A stretch of 64,000 nt of DNA from Eledone cirrhosa (lineage: Eukaryota): assembly GCA_964016885.1 (NCBI GenBank), contig OZ024743.1, positions 221,216,001 to 221,280,000 of the forward strand, read 5' to 3'. Below the pieces are notes generated by a model. It searched no databases. It was given only the letters and a program-made list of their open reading frames with translations, and was not told the origin of the DNA. Shown in pieces: positions 14,599 through 26,108 of this stretch. The translations under genes and the position numbers were made by a program. Positions within the stretch are counted from its first letter, which is position 1. Every line of letters begins with the position of its first letter.

Positions 14599-14760
14599 TC
14601 AGTACTATACGAACATGCCAGACAACAACACAACGGTAACATAGACAACATAGAAATTAGAATAATATCTAAACATAGAAATGACCCAGCAGATAGGAAA
14701 ATCAGAGAGGCCAGCCAAATAGAACTTAGAAGGCCAAGGCTAAACAGAAAAAATGAATAG
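14599..14760 (+). pseudogene. Penelope-type GIY-YIG endonuclease C-terminal fragment
   Basis: SVLYEHARQQHNGNIDNIEIRIISKHRNDPADRKIREASQIELRRPRLNRKNE* fits the PLE pattern H-x4-H...R-x-I-x-EA-x2-I-x4-P-x-LNR. Confidence 0.75.
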
Positions 14761-15060
14761 AATAACAACAACACCAAAACAAACAATACTGACCTAAGAG
14801 AAGTATAAATAAATAAATTCATACACAAGCACAATAACAACAAACACATATAAACACACACTAGTAAACTAAGATAGAATACAATAACCAATACACAGTC
14901 ACCCAAACACGAACACACATCAAACACTATACACACACGCAACGCATGCGCAGAGAAGACAAAAAATATATATAAATAAAAATAAAAATAAATAAATAAG
15001 TAAATAAACAAACTAAATAAAGATGGCGTAGGCATACAATACAACGGGAGGAAACATAAT

Positions 15061-15105
15061 AGCACCACTGAGGATGTTGCAGATGTGCAACGAAAGAACT
15101 TTGTT
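15061..15105 (+). ncRNA. Hammerhead-ribozyme-like core in pLTR (degenerate; mirror copy at 14466-14510 on the minus strand)
   Basis: CTGAGGA-t-GTTGC agatgt GCAAC-GAAA; mirror arm reads CTGACGA; stems I and III not clearly intact. Confidence 0.5.
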
Positions 15106-15352
15106 AGACTATATATATGTATTTGTGTCTATATTACATCTGTATTTTTGACCGTTGGTCAGTCAATGGTACATTGAGGACCGAATACAAAAAAAATTAA
15201 ATTAATCGATATAAAAGACACAGAAGCGAAAACCAACCAAACAGTGAGTGTGTTCTGTTATTAATTCTGGCAATACTATTATACAAATATGACCCTCCCC
15301 AAGTATAACAATATTTGTTTCGACACACGATTTCATATCAAAAACCTCTCAA

Positions 15353-15408
<56 letters not shown>

Positions 15409-16156
15409 ATGTATATGCATGGATATACATTTCTGTGTGCGTTGTCCGCCAGTTTATTCTCTATTGGAGCCACTTTTCTATGAACGAATCACTAAGATAT
15501 GCTCCGAAGTGAATTATCCACAAATGTTGCATTACTACCGTTTTATAGGAAGGAAGTTCGAAAATTTGCGTTGGCTTCTCTGCGTCTGGCATCAAATCTC
15601 TTCAAATTCCACAATATAATCTTACTCCCAGCACCACCACTTGGCCAGTTGAGTTACTTTTGATTGGCTGAACAAGCTACTGCTGTTTTTGGCCTCTTCC
15701 CATCAAAACACCCAGATAGCCCATTTCTTGTCAGAGACGTGCCAAAGGCAGTTGTACAACTCCCCTATATGTAAAGCAGAAAAGTTGGCTACCAGTAGGT
15801 GTACCTGTTGATATGTACCGCATAACCCTAATTTGTCAAAAATCAGTTTTCAATACTTGTGGTTGGCAAATTTTTCGGAGGTCGAAACCAGAATTTTTTG
15901 ATCCAGTTAACGGAAGTATAAGTTTCTCAACTCTTTCTTTGTGAAAATGTTGGAATTCTTAAATTTCTTTTATTGTTATCTGCCTGTTTGTTCTATATGG
16001 GTGCCGTTATTCAATGAACGAATCTCTATGATATGCTCTGAAGCGACTTATCCACCCACGTAACATTGCTACTGTTCAGTAGTTCTATAGAAGGTACGAT
16101 AGAAAATTTGCTTTGCCGTCTGTGACTCGTGCATCAAATCGATCCAAGTTCTCCGC

Positions 16157-16242
<86 letters not shown>

Positions 16243-16246
16243 CATT

Positions 16247-16343
<97 letters not shown>

Positions 16344-16814
16344 ACGCACGCGCACGCACATACATATATATATATATGTGTATATATATACACGCGCATA
16401 TATATATAAATCGACCAAACTTAAACAGCTCGATTTTCACATATTTCTTATTTTCACAATTACGTTCGTGTTTTCTGAAGTATTCTTCGGCTGAATATCA
16501 ACATCACCCCATTGCCTTCGTAAATCTTATTATATTGATGATATCTAGGTGGTGTTGGGAGATGATCTATCAAATATTTTCAAATATTATAATTTAGGGT
16601 TTTATTTTACATCGTACATAGCTCATAGGGAACCTGCAGAATAATCTCAGTAAACATGAATTACAAAACACATCAATTTAACCTTAATTAGATTTAACTA
16701 GATCAAACTAAATCTGAAAGTATGAAATAATATCTGAAAATCCAGGTGTATTTAAATTGGATTGACTAATATATTATCTGTGTACAATTTTCTGTGAAGT
16801 GTATATATATATAT

Positions 16815-16895
<81 letters not shown>

Positions 16896-16972
16896 CTTTT
16901 ATACTCTGCTATGTATTGAGTACCTTACTTACTGTGGTTACCTCCGATTCAACCCGGAATAACGTATATATA

Positions 16973-17024
<52 letters not shown>

Positions 17025-17056
17025 TATATAAAAATATATATATATATATATATATA

Positions 17057-17233
17057 GGAACCAGTAAGACCCCGACAGCTGAGCTCAAGCCGTTTCGACG
17101 GACAATTAGCCGTCGAAACGGCTTGAGCTCAGCTGTCGGGGTCTTACTGGTTCCTATTACCCACTCTACTACCTCAAGTATTGAGTACTTTGGCGCGTTA
17201 TGGTCCACCTGGTTCCTTACCACATTTCCTTCG

Positions 17234-17236
<3 letters not shown>
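17057..17236 (+). mobile_element. (TA)n-embedded hairpin+tail element, copy B (reference copy)
   Basis: Perfect 45 bp arms (17057-17101 and 17110-17154), 8 nt loop, ~82 bp tail, (TA)n on both sides. Confidence 0.92.
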
Positions 17237-17272
<36 letters not shown>

Positions 17273-17279
17273 CGTACAA

Positions 17280-17373
<94 letters not shown>

Positions 17374-17524
17374 CTCTGTGCTATAATATGTACATATAAA
17401 TATAATTATATAGTCATCGATTGATGCTTAGCTGAAAGTATTCAAAATGTAGTTTCAGTACATAATCGAAACTAGGTTACGTATTTTGACAGGTAAGGTA
17501 TTTATTTCAACTCTCATTCACTTG

Positions 17525-17528
17525 CAGC

Positions 17529-17569
<41 letters not shown>

Positions 17570-17583
17570 CAGTAGTGGTGGCG

Positions 17584-17614
<31 letters not shown>

Positions 17615-17658
17615 CAACTGCTGCAACAGGAGCAGCAGTAGTAGTAGTAGTAGTAGTG

Positions 17659-17718
<60 letters not shown>

Positions 17719-17765
17719 TAGGTAGTAGTAGCAGTAGTAGTAGCAGCAGTAGTAGTAGTGGCAGC

Positions 17766-17823
<58 letters not shown>

Positions 17824-17955
17824 ATGGTTGTAGTAGTAGTTGTAATGGTAGTAGTATTAATAGTAGTATCACCAGTGACAACACCATCAATAGTAACAAC
17901 ACCAACAACAACAGCAACAACAGCAACAACAAGAACATTAGAAACAACAGTAGTA
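17525..17955. repeat. (AGT)n/(AGC)n/(AAC)n microsatellite
   Basis: Directly visible. Confidence 0.92.
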
Positions 17956-18336
17956 TCAATTGTGTGAACAGCAAAAAGCTCTCCCAGAAGAAAATGTCAC
18001 TTTTTGCCCTCTCTCCATCTTCACATTTTTTATCTTATTTTTTCCTATATTATCCTACTTTTAATTTTTATATACATTTTTCTTTTTCCTACCAACTTTC
18101 ACTTTTCATATTCTGTTTTATTTCTTTTTGTTTTGTTTTGTTTTTGTATTCTTTTTTTTTTTTTTTGTTCATTTTCATTACTTTTATGTAAGAATGGGTT
18201 TCACGTTTGATAACGTTCTTTACGAGATTTCTGAATCCTTAAAGAAGAGATACAATACAAGTCACTTAAGTATTGTACTGCAATAAATAAAATGTCGAAC
18301 CTCGCAAATATTACACCAACAGTTACTCGACTTCGT

Positions 18337-18337
18337 T

Positions 18338-18426
<89 letters not shown>

Positions 18427-18465
18427 TAGTAGCAACTGCAGCAGCAGGAGCAGCAGCAGCAGCAA

Positions 18466-18540
<75 letters not shown>

Positions 18541-18597
18541 CAGCAGTTAGTAGCAACTGCAGCAGTAGTAGTAGTATTAGTAGTAGTAGTAGTAGTT
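18337..18597. repeat. (AGT)n microsatellite with internal duplication
   Basis: Directly visible; AGTTAGTAGCAACTGCAGCAG occurs twice. Confidence 0.9.
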
Positions 18598-19104
18598 GCT
18601 GATTTTGGTAATTGTTGCTATTTCTGTTGTTGCGATCGTTGTGCTAGTTGCCGCTCAAGTTGTACCTACTGTTCTTGTTGTTGCTGATGTGATAATGGTT
18701 GTTATTTTAATTATTTATTTTTTGTGGTGGTTTTTGTGGGTTCATGCTGTAGTAGTGGCTACTGTGGTAATGGATGTTGTTGTCATCGTTGTTGTGAATC
18801 ATGGTTGGTTTACGGTTTAGTCAAAGTGGGGAGAGTAGTGCCCATAGCCTTTTTCGTGGCCTTTTGTAATCGCTAGAGAGGGAAGAATGCATCCACAAAT
18901 CGGAAACCTGGTCCGAATACTTGTCATAAATACACGTACACACACAACACATACACAACACACACACAACACAACACACACATATTCCTTTCTTTCTATC
19001 TCTCTGTCTCTCTCTCTATATATATATACACATATATACACACATACATACATACATACATACATACATACATACATACATACATACATACATACATACA
19101 TACA

Positions 19105-19138
<34 letters not shown>

Positions 19139-19724
19139 CATACATACACATATATATAAAGAATATCGTAATTGAGGAAATGAGGAAAAGTAATTAGTAT
19201 TTACCAGAATACATAGTAGGAATATGAGGATGGCAGTAATAGATAACTGACGAATATACTGTGGAAGCAGAAACCAGTTTTATCTGTCATAATTATGAAA
19301 CGAAGGCTAACATTTTGATTTTCGCAACAAAAAACAGATTTGATCCAATAATTAAAGTAGATTATAATTTTCATTTCGACAAGATTAATGATATGGTAAT
19401 ATTTTCGTGGCTAGTTTGCTTTTGCCGTCAAAAATGATGCATATTTCCGTCATATTCTTTAGATGGATTTTCATTACAGCAATAAAATTTTCGAATTTTT
19501 CACTCTTTTCATTTTTAGTTTCTTTCGTTTCATCTGTGGGTTGTTCAATCCCCGTTTATCAACTATATAACAATTTTTCAAAATTTTCTCTGCGTTTTCA
19601 ACTGTTTAATCTATGCTCATAAAATAATTCTCATAAACTATCTTTCCTCCTACACAGTCATCCCTGGTCAAGTACGCCAAAGTGTTCAGATACTGTGTTG
19701 GATCTCCTTAGCTTCAAACAACAA

Positions 19725-19995
19725 GTGTTCTAGTTGTTCGAACAAGGGAACGACTTTTTCGTGAAATTAATGTGCAAGGGATTTCACAGACACATTTACC
19801 CATAACGAAGCCTCGGATAGATTTAGTGTGTCAAAGTCTGGCCCTTTGAATTACAGGTACAACTCATTTTTCTATCTGTGTCCACTGGAGTAATGTGAAA
19901 TATCGCGTCTTTCTCAAGGACACAAAACGCAAAAGAAACTCACAACCTTACTATTGTGATCCAATACTCTATCCACTAGGTCGCACGCCTTCACC
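19725..19995 (-). mobile_element. Old SINE, second family (degenerate)
   Basis: Shares blocks such as GGCCCTTTGAATTACAG and TTCACAGACACAT with 63770-64000 and, in reverse complement, with 33705, 47480, 54820 and 57920. Confidence 0.55.
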
Positions 19996-21106
19996 AATTG
20001 TATTAATATATCATAGTGAAATGAACGTAATTGTATCGATTTCAGTAGCTTGTTTAGAGCAAAACCAAAGCAGAATTTAAAAAGAATTTTCCAGAGTGGA
20101 AGTAGAACTAACTTAATCCCCTTGATACTAAACCCCCTGGTTCTTCAATATAAAGCAGCTTATATTTATCTAAAAAAAATAAAAATCCGTCATAATTTTG
20201 TGTAAGAACATTTGTTATGTTATGCTCCAAACACCAGCTTAATAATGAAAAAGTTAGGTATTTCAGGAAATCCTATTTAATCTTGATTATTTCAATCTTG
20301 ATTTGAAAATTAGAAGCTGTATCTTTCATTAGAAGTATTAAATCATACGTCGGTTGGAGCAGAGATAACCTAATGTTAAACAATAACTGTATCAACTATG
20401 CTCTAATCTACAAAATATTTGGCCATGAACCAAGTCAAATATTATCAATATGGCAAAGAACAGCATGTTGATAAAATAAAATAAAAAAACGGAAAACAAA
20501 CAGAACTCTGGAATACATATTTAACAACAGTTACTTTCGTGCTTTTACACTTCGACTTTAAATCCCGTTGATTTTTATCATTCATCACACGATTATATCG
20601 TAAAAGGAATATAAGATATTGACAAAGATAAGAGATTCTTTAATTGTAAGCATTCTTCTCCAACTTGGCATCTTGTTTCAGTTACACCACAACAAAGAAC
20701 CTAAAGCATATAACACATACATACATTTACTCCAGTTACACACTCCAGACATAAAACCTGTGATATTTCTCTTCGCTCGCTATATACAGAATTAATCGAT
20801 CGATACAGCAGAGATTAGCTGCCGGGAAGTATTCCATAAATATCAATTGCTTTTTCGATTGATTCTCTCTGTTATCTGAAGGTAAGCACAATGATGGATC
20901 ATCGTTTTAAGGAGAGTGTACAGAAATTTCTATAACACTATATTGGTGTCGACAGAAGATATATCGTTACTGTTACTATCCATAAGTCTTTTACCAACGT
21001 CTGTCTTCGGTTGCATGATAACACCGCTGCATACCCGCACAGAGACGTGTCATACAAACACAAATGTACTACGTCGCATACACTATGTATATATATACAT
21101 TAAATA

Positions 21107-21285
21107 TGGCAGTATCAGTAGAGGGTCGGACGCCATGCTTTGCAGCACAGTTACGTCCCTTTACGGACTGAGTTCAAATACCGCCGAGGTTAACTTTGCC
21201 TTTCATCCTTACGGGGTCGATAAAATAAAGTACCAGTAATACACTGGAATAATTGCTGGCCTTGTGCCAAAAGTAGAAACAATTA
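21107..21285 (+). mobile_element. tRNA-type SINE (family 1), near full length
   Basis: B-box-like GAGTTCAAAT; core GCCTTTCATCCTTACGGGGTCGATAAAATAAAGTACCAG; tail GGCCTTGTGCCAAAAGTAGAAACAATT; >8 similar copies in the window. Confidence 0.9.
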
Positions 21286-21359
21286 TATATATATACAATA
21301 TATATATATATATATATATATTAAATTTTAATAAAATAGATGTTCTTTTGATCAATTAC

Positions 21360-21412
21360 ATTTTATTATACATATTTCGGATGTACAACAGTACGTCTTC
21401 ATCAGACAAAAT
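21360..21412 (-). ncRNA. Mirror hammerhead motif in the left arm
   Basis: Reverse complement reads ATTTTGT-CTGATGA-AGACGTAC tgtt GTACATCC-GAAA-TATGTATA-ATAAAAT. Confidence 0.55.
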
Positions 21413-21495
21413 ATAATGATACATGACATACCCTGAGATGTTAAATGGTTAAGATTTAACCATTTAACATCTCAGGGTATGTCATGTATCATTAT

Positions 21496-21548
21496 ATTTT
21501 ATCTGATGAGGACGTACTGTTGTACATCCGAAATATGTATAATAAAAT
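21496..21548 (+). ncRNA. Minimal type I hammerhead ribozyme motif
   Basis: ATTTTAT-CTGATGA-GGACGTAC tgtt GTACATCC-GAAA-t atgt a-TA-ATAAAAT: 7 bp stem I, stem II with 1 mismatch, very short stem III. Confidence 0.7.
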
Positions 21549-21717
21549 GTAATTGATCAAAAGAACATCTATTTTATTAATATTTATATTTTAATATTAA
21601 TAACTCCGGAAAATTATTTTACCGTAGAGTGCTTCCAATCTACTGTAAAACTCATTCTTTGACATACTCATTGAATATCGTTTAACACTTTAATATATAT
21701 ATACATATATATATATA

Positions 21718-21906
21718 TAACAAAGAAAGTGTGGTAAGGAACCAGGGGACCATAACGGACAAGAGTATTCGATATTTAGGGTAGTAGAGTGGGTAATAGG
21801 AGTCAGGACCCCGATGGCTGAGCTCCGGCTGATTCGACAGCTAGATTCGTTCGAATTTAGCTGTCGAAACGACTGGAGCTCAGCCGTCGGGGTCCTGACT
21901 CTTTTG

Positions 21907-21907
<1 letters not shown>
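21718..21907 (-). mobile_element. (TA)n-embedded hairpin+tail element, copy C
   Basis: Tail GTGGTAAGGAACCAGGGGACCATAAC..GGTAGTAGAGTGGGTAAT, then a hairpin centred on CAGCTAGATTCG-TT-CGAATTTAGCTG. Confidence 0.88.
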
Positions 21908-21942
<35 letters not shown>

Positions 21943-21965
21943 GTGCTTACACACACTCACAAACC

Positions 21966-22017
<52 letters not shown>

Positions 22018-22086
22018 AAGTAATTCCGTCGGAAAAGTCCAGGAAAAAAGAGTGCTCTATGTAAGCAACAGAGCTTAATTATTAAT

Positions 22087-22155
<69 letters not shown>

Positions 22156-22283
22156 AAAGTTCTATTTAAATTGTTGGGATACAACAAGCAAATATTTTTA
22201 TAACTGATATAAAGCACTCAACAAATATTTGGAGTAAAAATACGATATTAACAAATGGAAACTATATTTATAAAACCATATTT

Positions 22284-22346
22284 ATTTCATTATACATATT
22301 TCAAGGACACCAAGTTAAATTATGGTTTGCTTTCATCAGATAAAAT
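22284..22346 (-). ncRNA. Degenerate hammerhead motif related to the 21328 element
   Basis: Reverse complement reads ATTTTAT-CTGATGA-aagcaaacca..tggtgtcctt-GAAA-TATGTATA-ATGAAAT; flanks match the 21496 motif but stem II differs. Confidence 0.5.
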
Positions 22347-22445
22347 ATAATATAGAGCAGTTTTATAAATAAATGTTGACATACCCTATTGGGAGCTCCC
22401 GGATAGTATCCGGGAGCTTCCAATAGTAATGATTGCATTGACCGC

Positions 22446-22662
22446 TGGTCAGTCAATGGCAACATTGAGGACCGAATAAATTAAATTAACCGATATAAAA
22501 GACACAGAAGCGAAAAGCGAAAACCAAACAAACAGTGAGTGTGTTCTGTTATTAATTCTGGCAATATTACACAAATATGACCCTCCCCAAGTATAACAAT
22601 ATTTGTTTCGACACATGATTTCATATAAAAAACCTCGCAAAACTAATTCATCGCCGTTATAT
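22446..22662 (+). mobile_element. 3' fragment of the Penelope-like family seen at 14263-15356
   Basis: Near identical to 15156-15356 (GGTCAGTCAATGG..GACCCTCCCCAAGTATAACAATATTTGTTTCGACAC..AAAAC). Confidence 0.85.
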
Positions 22663-22665
22663 ATA

Positions 22666-22804
22666 AGCATAGTTACGTCCCTTTACGATCTGAGTTCAAA
22701 TCCCGCCGAGGTTGACTTTGCCTTTCATCCTTACGGGGTCGATAAAATAAGGTACCAGTAATGCACTGGGTAATTGCTGGCCTTGTGCCTAAAGTAGAAA
22801 CAGT

Positions 22805-22806
<2 letters not shown>
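22666..22806 (+). mobile_element. SINE family 1, 5'-truncated
   Basis: Matches the 21107 copy. Confidence 0.9.
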
Positions 22807-22867
<61 letters not shown>

Positions 22868-23057
22868 ATTTATCGTGGGTCACAGAGCCATGCCAGTGCC
22901 TTGAGAGCAAGGAGTTTCGTGCTTAAATTAGGAAGGACATTTTTTACCCTAGGGTCACTAGTATAGCTTCACCAATATAATAAATTCTACTTCATTCTAC
23001 CAATAATTTCAGTCTCACCCATTTCTACAGCCTTTGTGTGTGTGTACACAGACACAC

Positions 23058-23112
23058 ATGTATGTATGTATGTATGTATGTATGTATGTATGTATGTATG
23101 TATGTATGTATG

Positions 23113-23143
<31 letters not shown>

Positions 23144-23220
23144 GTATGTATGTATGTAAGTATGTATGTATGTATGTAAGTATGTATGTATGTATGTAAG
23201 TAAGTATGTATGTATGTATG

Positions 23221-23251
<31 letters not shown>

Positions 23252-23296
23252 GTATGTATGTATGTATGTAAGTATGTATGTATGTATGTATGTATG

Positions 23297-23327
<31 letters not shown>

Positions 23328-23344
23328 GTAAGTATGTATGTATG
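23058..23344. repeat. (TATG)n microsatellite
   Basis: Directly visible. Confidence 0.95.
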
Positions 23345-23943
23345 GGAGAGATGACCCCTTAGCCTTTGTCAAGGCAGAATTCTAGGAGAAGGAAAACTCT
23401 GATATAACACCTGCAACCCTGATGGTATCCAATGATGTTGACTTGTTCTTCTTTTTGGTAAATATCATCTTGGTTAAGAGAGTGGGACTGGCTTTGTGCA
23501 GTGCCTTTGCTCACTATAAAAGCTTCACGGCACAGGCATTGCTTTATATCTGGAGATCTCTCTGCACTTGTCGTCACATGGTACTATGGGCCCAGCACTA
23601 TATGTCAATAATTGTCACAAGTGTAGTGTTTGTACCAGAGTTTTCAAGTCGTTGGATGGACTAAAAAGTCACACTCGTTCAGCGCATCGGTAGGGGTTCT
23701 CCTACATGGATATAAAGTAGTGGTCGTACTCGAAAACGAGTTGGCAGCCACCATGTATGTATATGTATATGTATGTGTGTATGTGTGCATGCATGTATGT
23801 ATGTATGTATGTGTGTATATGTGTATGTGTGCATGTATGTATGTATGTATGTGTGTATGTGTGTATGTATGCATTTTCTCATGTTTATCTGTTCCTTCCT
23901 CTTCCCACTTTTTATCTTTCTATTTCATATTTTATTTCTCATT

Positions 23944-23990
23944 CTATCTCCTGATGAAGGGCTAGGGTCCGAAACCTTAAGACTCTTATC
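23944..23990 (+). ncRNA. Hammerhead-like core, probably a PLE pLTR remnant
   Basis: CTGATGA-a-GGGC tagg GTCC-GAAA-CCTTAA; stem I uncertain. Confidence 0.5.
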
Positions 23991-24067
23991 CTATTATTTC
24001 CAGCGTTAAACTAATATATTTCTTCATTGTACTGTGACGTTTGCTTTGTTATTTCTGTTAACTTTTT

Positions 24068-24206
<139 letters not shown>

Positions 24207-24529
24207 TAAAGGGGAATCAACTGTATTGCGACGGTAATGTCGCATTATAAACTGTGTTCAAAAGATTTTGAGAAAAAATAATATGTAAGTTAAATAAATA
24301 TAAAATATCCTTAAATGCCTCACCTCAGCCATCACAGCAACATCTGAGAGGTTATGGTTATGTGCTCAGTAAGCTTGGTGCAATGATCTTTTCTGCGGGA
24401 TATATAAACTATCAATGTGTTCATTAGATAAGGGATCCTCATTTTTACATGCTTTTACTTTGCTGTTTCTCGCCAACACCTTCCCATCCGTTTCATTCTC
24501 AAAATCCCTCTAACCCTCTTTTCTGCCTA

Positions 24530-24570
24530 TTACCCCCCTCCCCCTCTCACTCTCTCTCTCTCTCTCTCAT

Positions 24571-24608
<38 letters not shown>

Positions 24609-25170
24609 TCTCATTCTCTCTCTCATTCTCTCTCTCATTCTCTATCTCTCATTCTCTCTCTCTCTGCCCCCCTCTCTCTCGTCTAATTCATACATTTATG
24701 ACTGTTTCCCCCCTCTATCCTTCCTTATATGGAATTCCCACTCATCTCCAACTCATTTTCTCGCCTTTTCTTCAGCACCTTCTCTTTCCCTCTATTTCCT
24801 TCTCCTTTCCCTCTATCCGTCTTTCCCTTTTTCTCTGTCTTTTTCTATACTTCTCTATTTGTAACACCCTCTCTTCTCCTACCTTTCACCTCCACCTTTC
24901 TCATATTTCCTTTCTCTCTTTCACTCCTTCTGTCTCTCACTCTCTTCCTTTCACTTCCGCTCTCTCTTTTCCACACTCTCTCTCTCTCTCTTTCCCTCAC
25001 ACATACACACAAGTCCCCCCCCCCTCTCCCTATCTCGCTCACTCACATTCACCGTCACTCAGAATTTTTCTGCATCTGAAACTCCTACTTTCTCTCCCCT
25101 CCCACTTTCTCATATTTCCTTTCTCTCTTTCTCTCCCATTCACTCTCCTCTCTCTCCCTTTCACTCCCAT

Positions 25171-25267
<97 letters not shown>

Positions 25268-25420
25268 CTCTCTCCCTCACACATATACACAAGTCCCCAC
25301 TCTCTCTCTCTCCCTCACACATACACACAAGTTCCCCCCTCTCTCTCTCTCTCTCTCTCTCCCCTCACACATACACACAAGTTCCCCCTCTCTCTCTCTC
25401 TCTCTCACACATACGCACAA

Positions 25421-25463
<43 letters not shown>

Positions 25464-26108
25464 TACACACAAGTTCCCCCTCTCTCTCTCTCTCACACAT
25501 ACGCACAAGTACCCTTTCTCTCTCTCTCTCTCTCCCTCACACATACACACAAGTTCTTCCACTCTCTCTCTCTCGCTCACACATACACACAAGTTCCTCC
25601 ACTCTCTCTCCCTCACACATACACGCAAGTTCCTCCACTCTCTCTCTCTCCCTCACACATACACGCAAGTTCCTCCACTCTCTCTCTCTCCTCACACATA
25701 CACGCAAGTTCCTCCACTCTCTCTCTCTCGCTCACACATACACGCAAGTTCCTCCACTCTCTCTCTCTCGCTCACACATACACACAAGTTCCTCCACTCT
25801 CTCTCTCTCGCTCACACATACACACAAGTTCCCCCTCTCTCTCTCTCACACATACACACAAGTTGCCCCTCTCTCTCTCTCTCTCTCCCTCACACATACA
25901 CACAAGTTCCTCCACTCTCTCTCTCCCTCACACATACACGCAAGTTCCTCCACTCTCTCTCTCTCTCGCTCGACACATACACGCAAGTTCCTCCACTCTC
26001 TCTCTCTCTCGCTCACACATACACGCAAGTTCCTCCACTCTCTCTCTCTCGCTCACACACATTCACCGTCACTCAGAATCATTCTGCATCTGTAATTCCT
26101 ACTTTCTC
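24530..26108. repeat. CT-rich tract with ~40 bp minisatellite (CTCACACATACACRCAAGTTCCTCCACT(CT)n)
   Basis: About 20 tandem units between 25270 and 26060 with variable CT length. Confidence 0.92.

Larger units (their letters stand above)
14263..15356 (+). mobile_element. 5'-truncated Penelope-like retroelement with inverted pseudo-LTR
   Basis: ~320 bp inverted repeats (14263-~14590 and ~14975-15308) flank a GIY-YIG C-terminal fragment; the right repeat has an extra ~48 bp tail; hammerhead-like core in each repeat; (TA)n on both sides. Confidence 0.8.
21328..21690 (+). mobile_element. Penelope-like fold-back remnant: 253 bp palindrome plus ~110 bp tail
   Basis: Arms 21328-21452 and 21456-21580 with 2 visible mismatches, loop GAT; each arm has a hammerhead core; (TA)n on both sides. 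Confidence 0.8.

Noticed and set aside
14583-15068. 161 aa hydrophobic ORF sharing its N-terminus with the ORF at 14503
   Set aside because: A by-product of the inverted pLTR and the antisense of an A/C-rich UTR.
21107-21200. tRNA gene in SINE heads
   Set aside because: Only box-like motifs are present; no complete cloverleaf, and it continues into the SINE body.
25270-26060. CRISPR-like repeat-spacer appearance
   Set aside because: The spacers are just variable CT runs; eukaryotic context with no cas genes.
24449-26095. 548 aa ORF
   Set aside because: Stop-free only because it spans CT/CA repeats; the translation is S/L/H/T low complexity.
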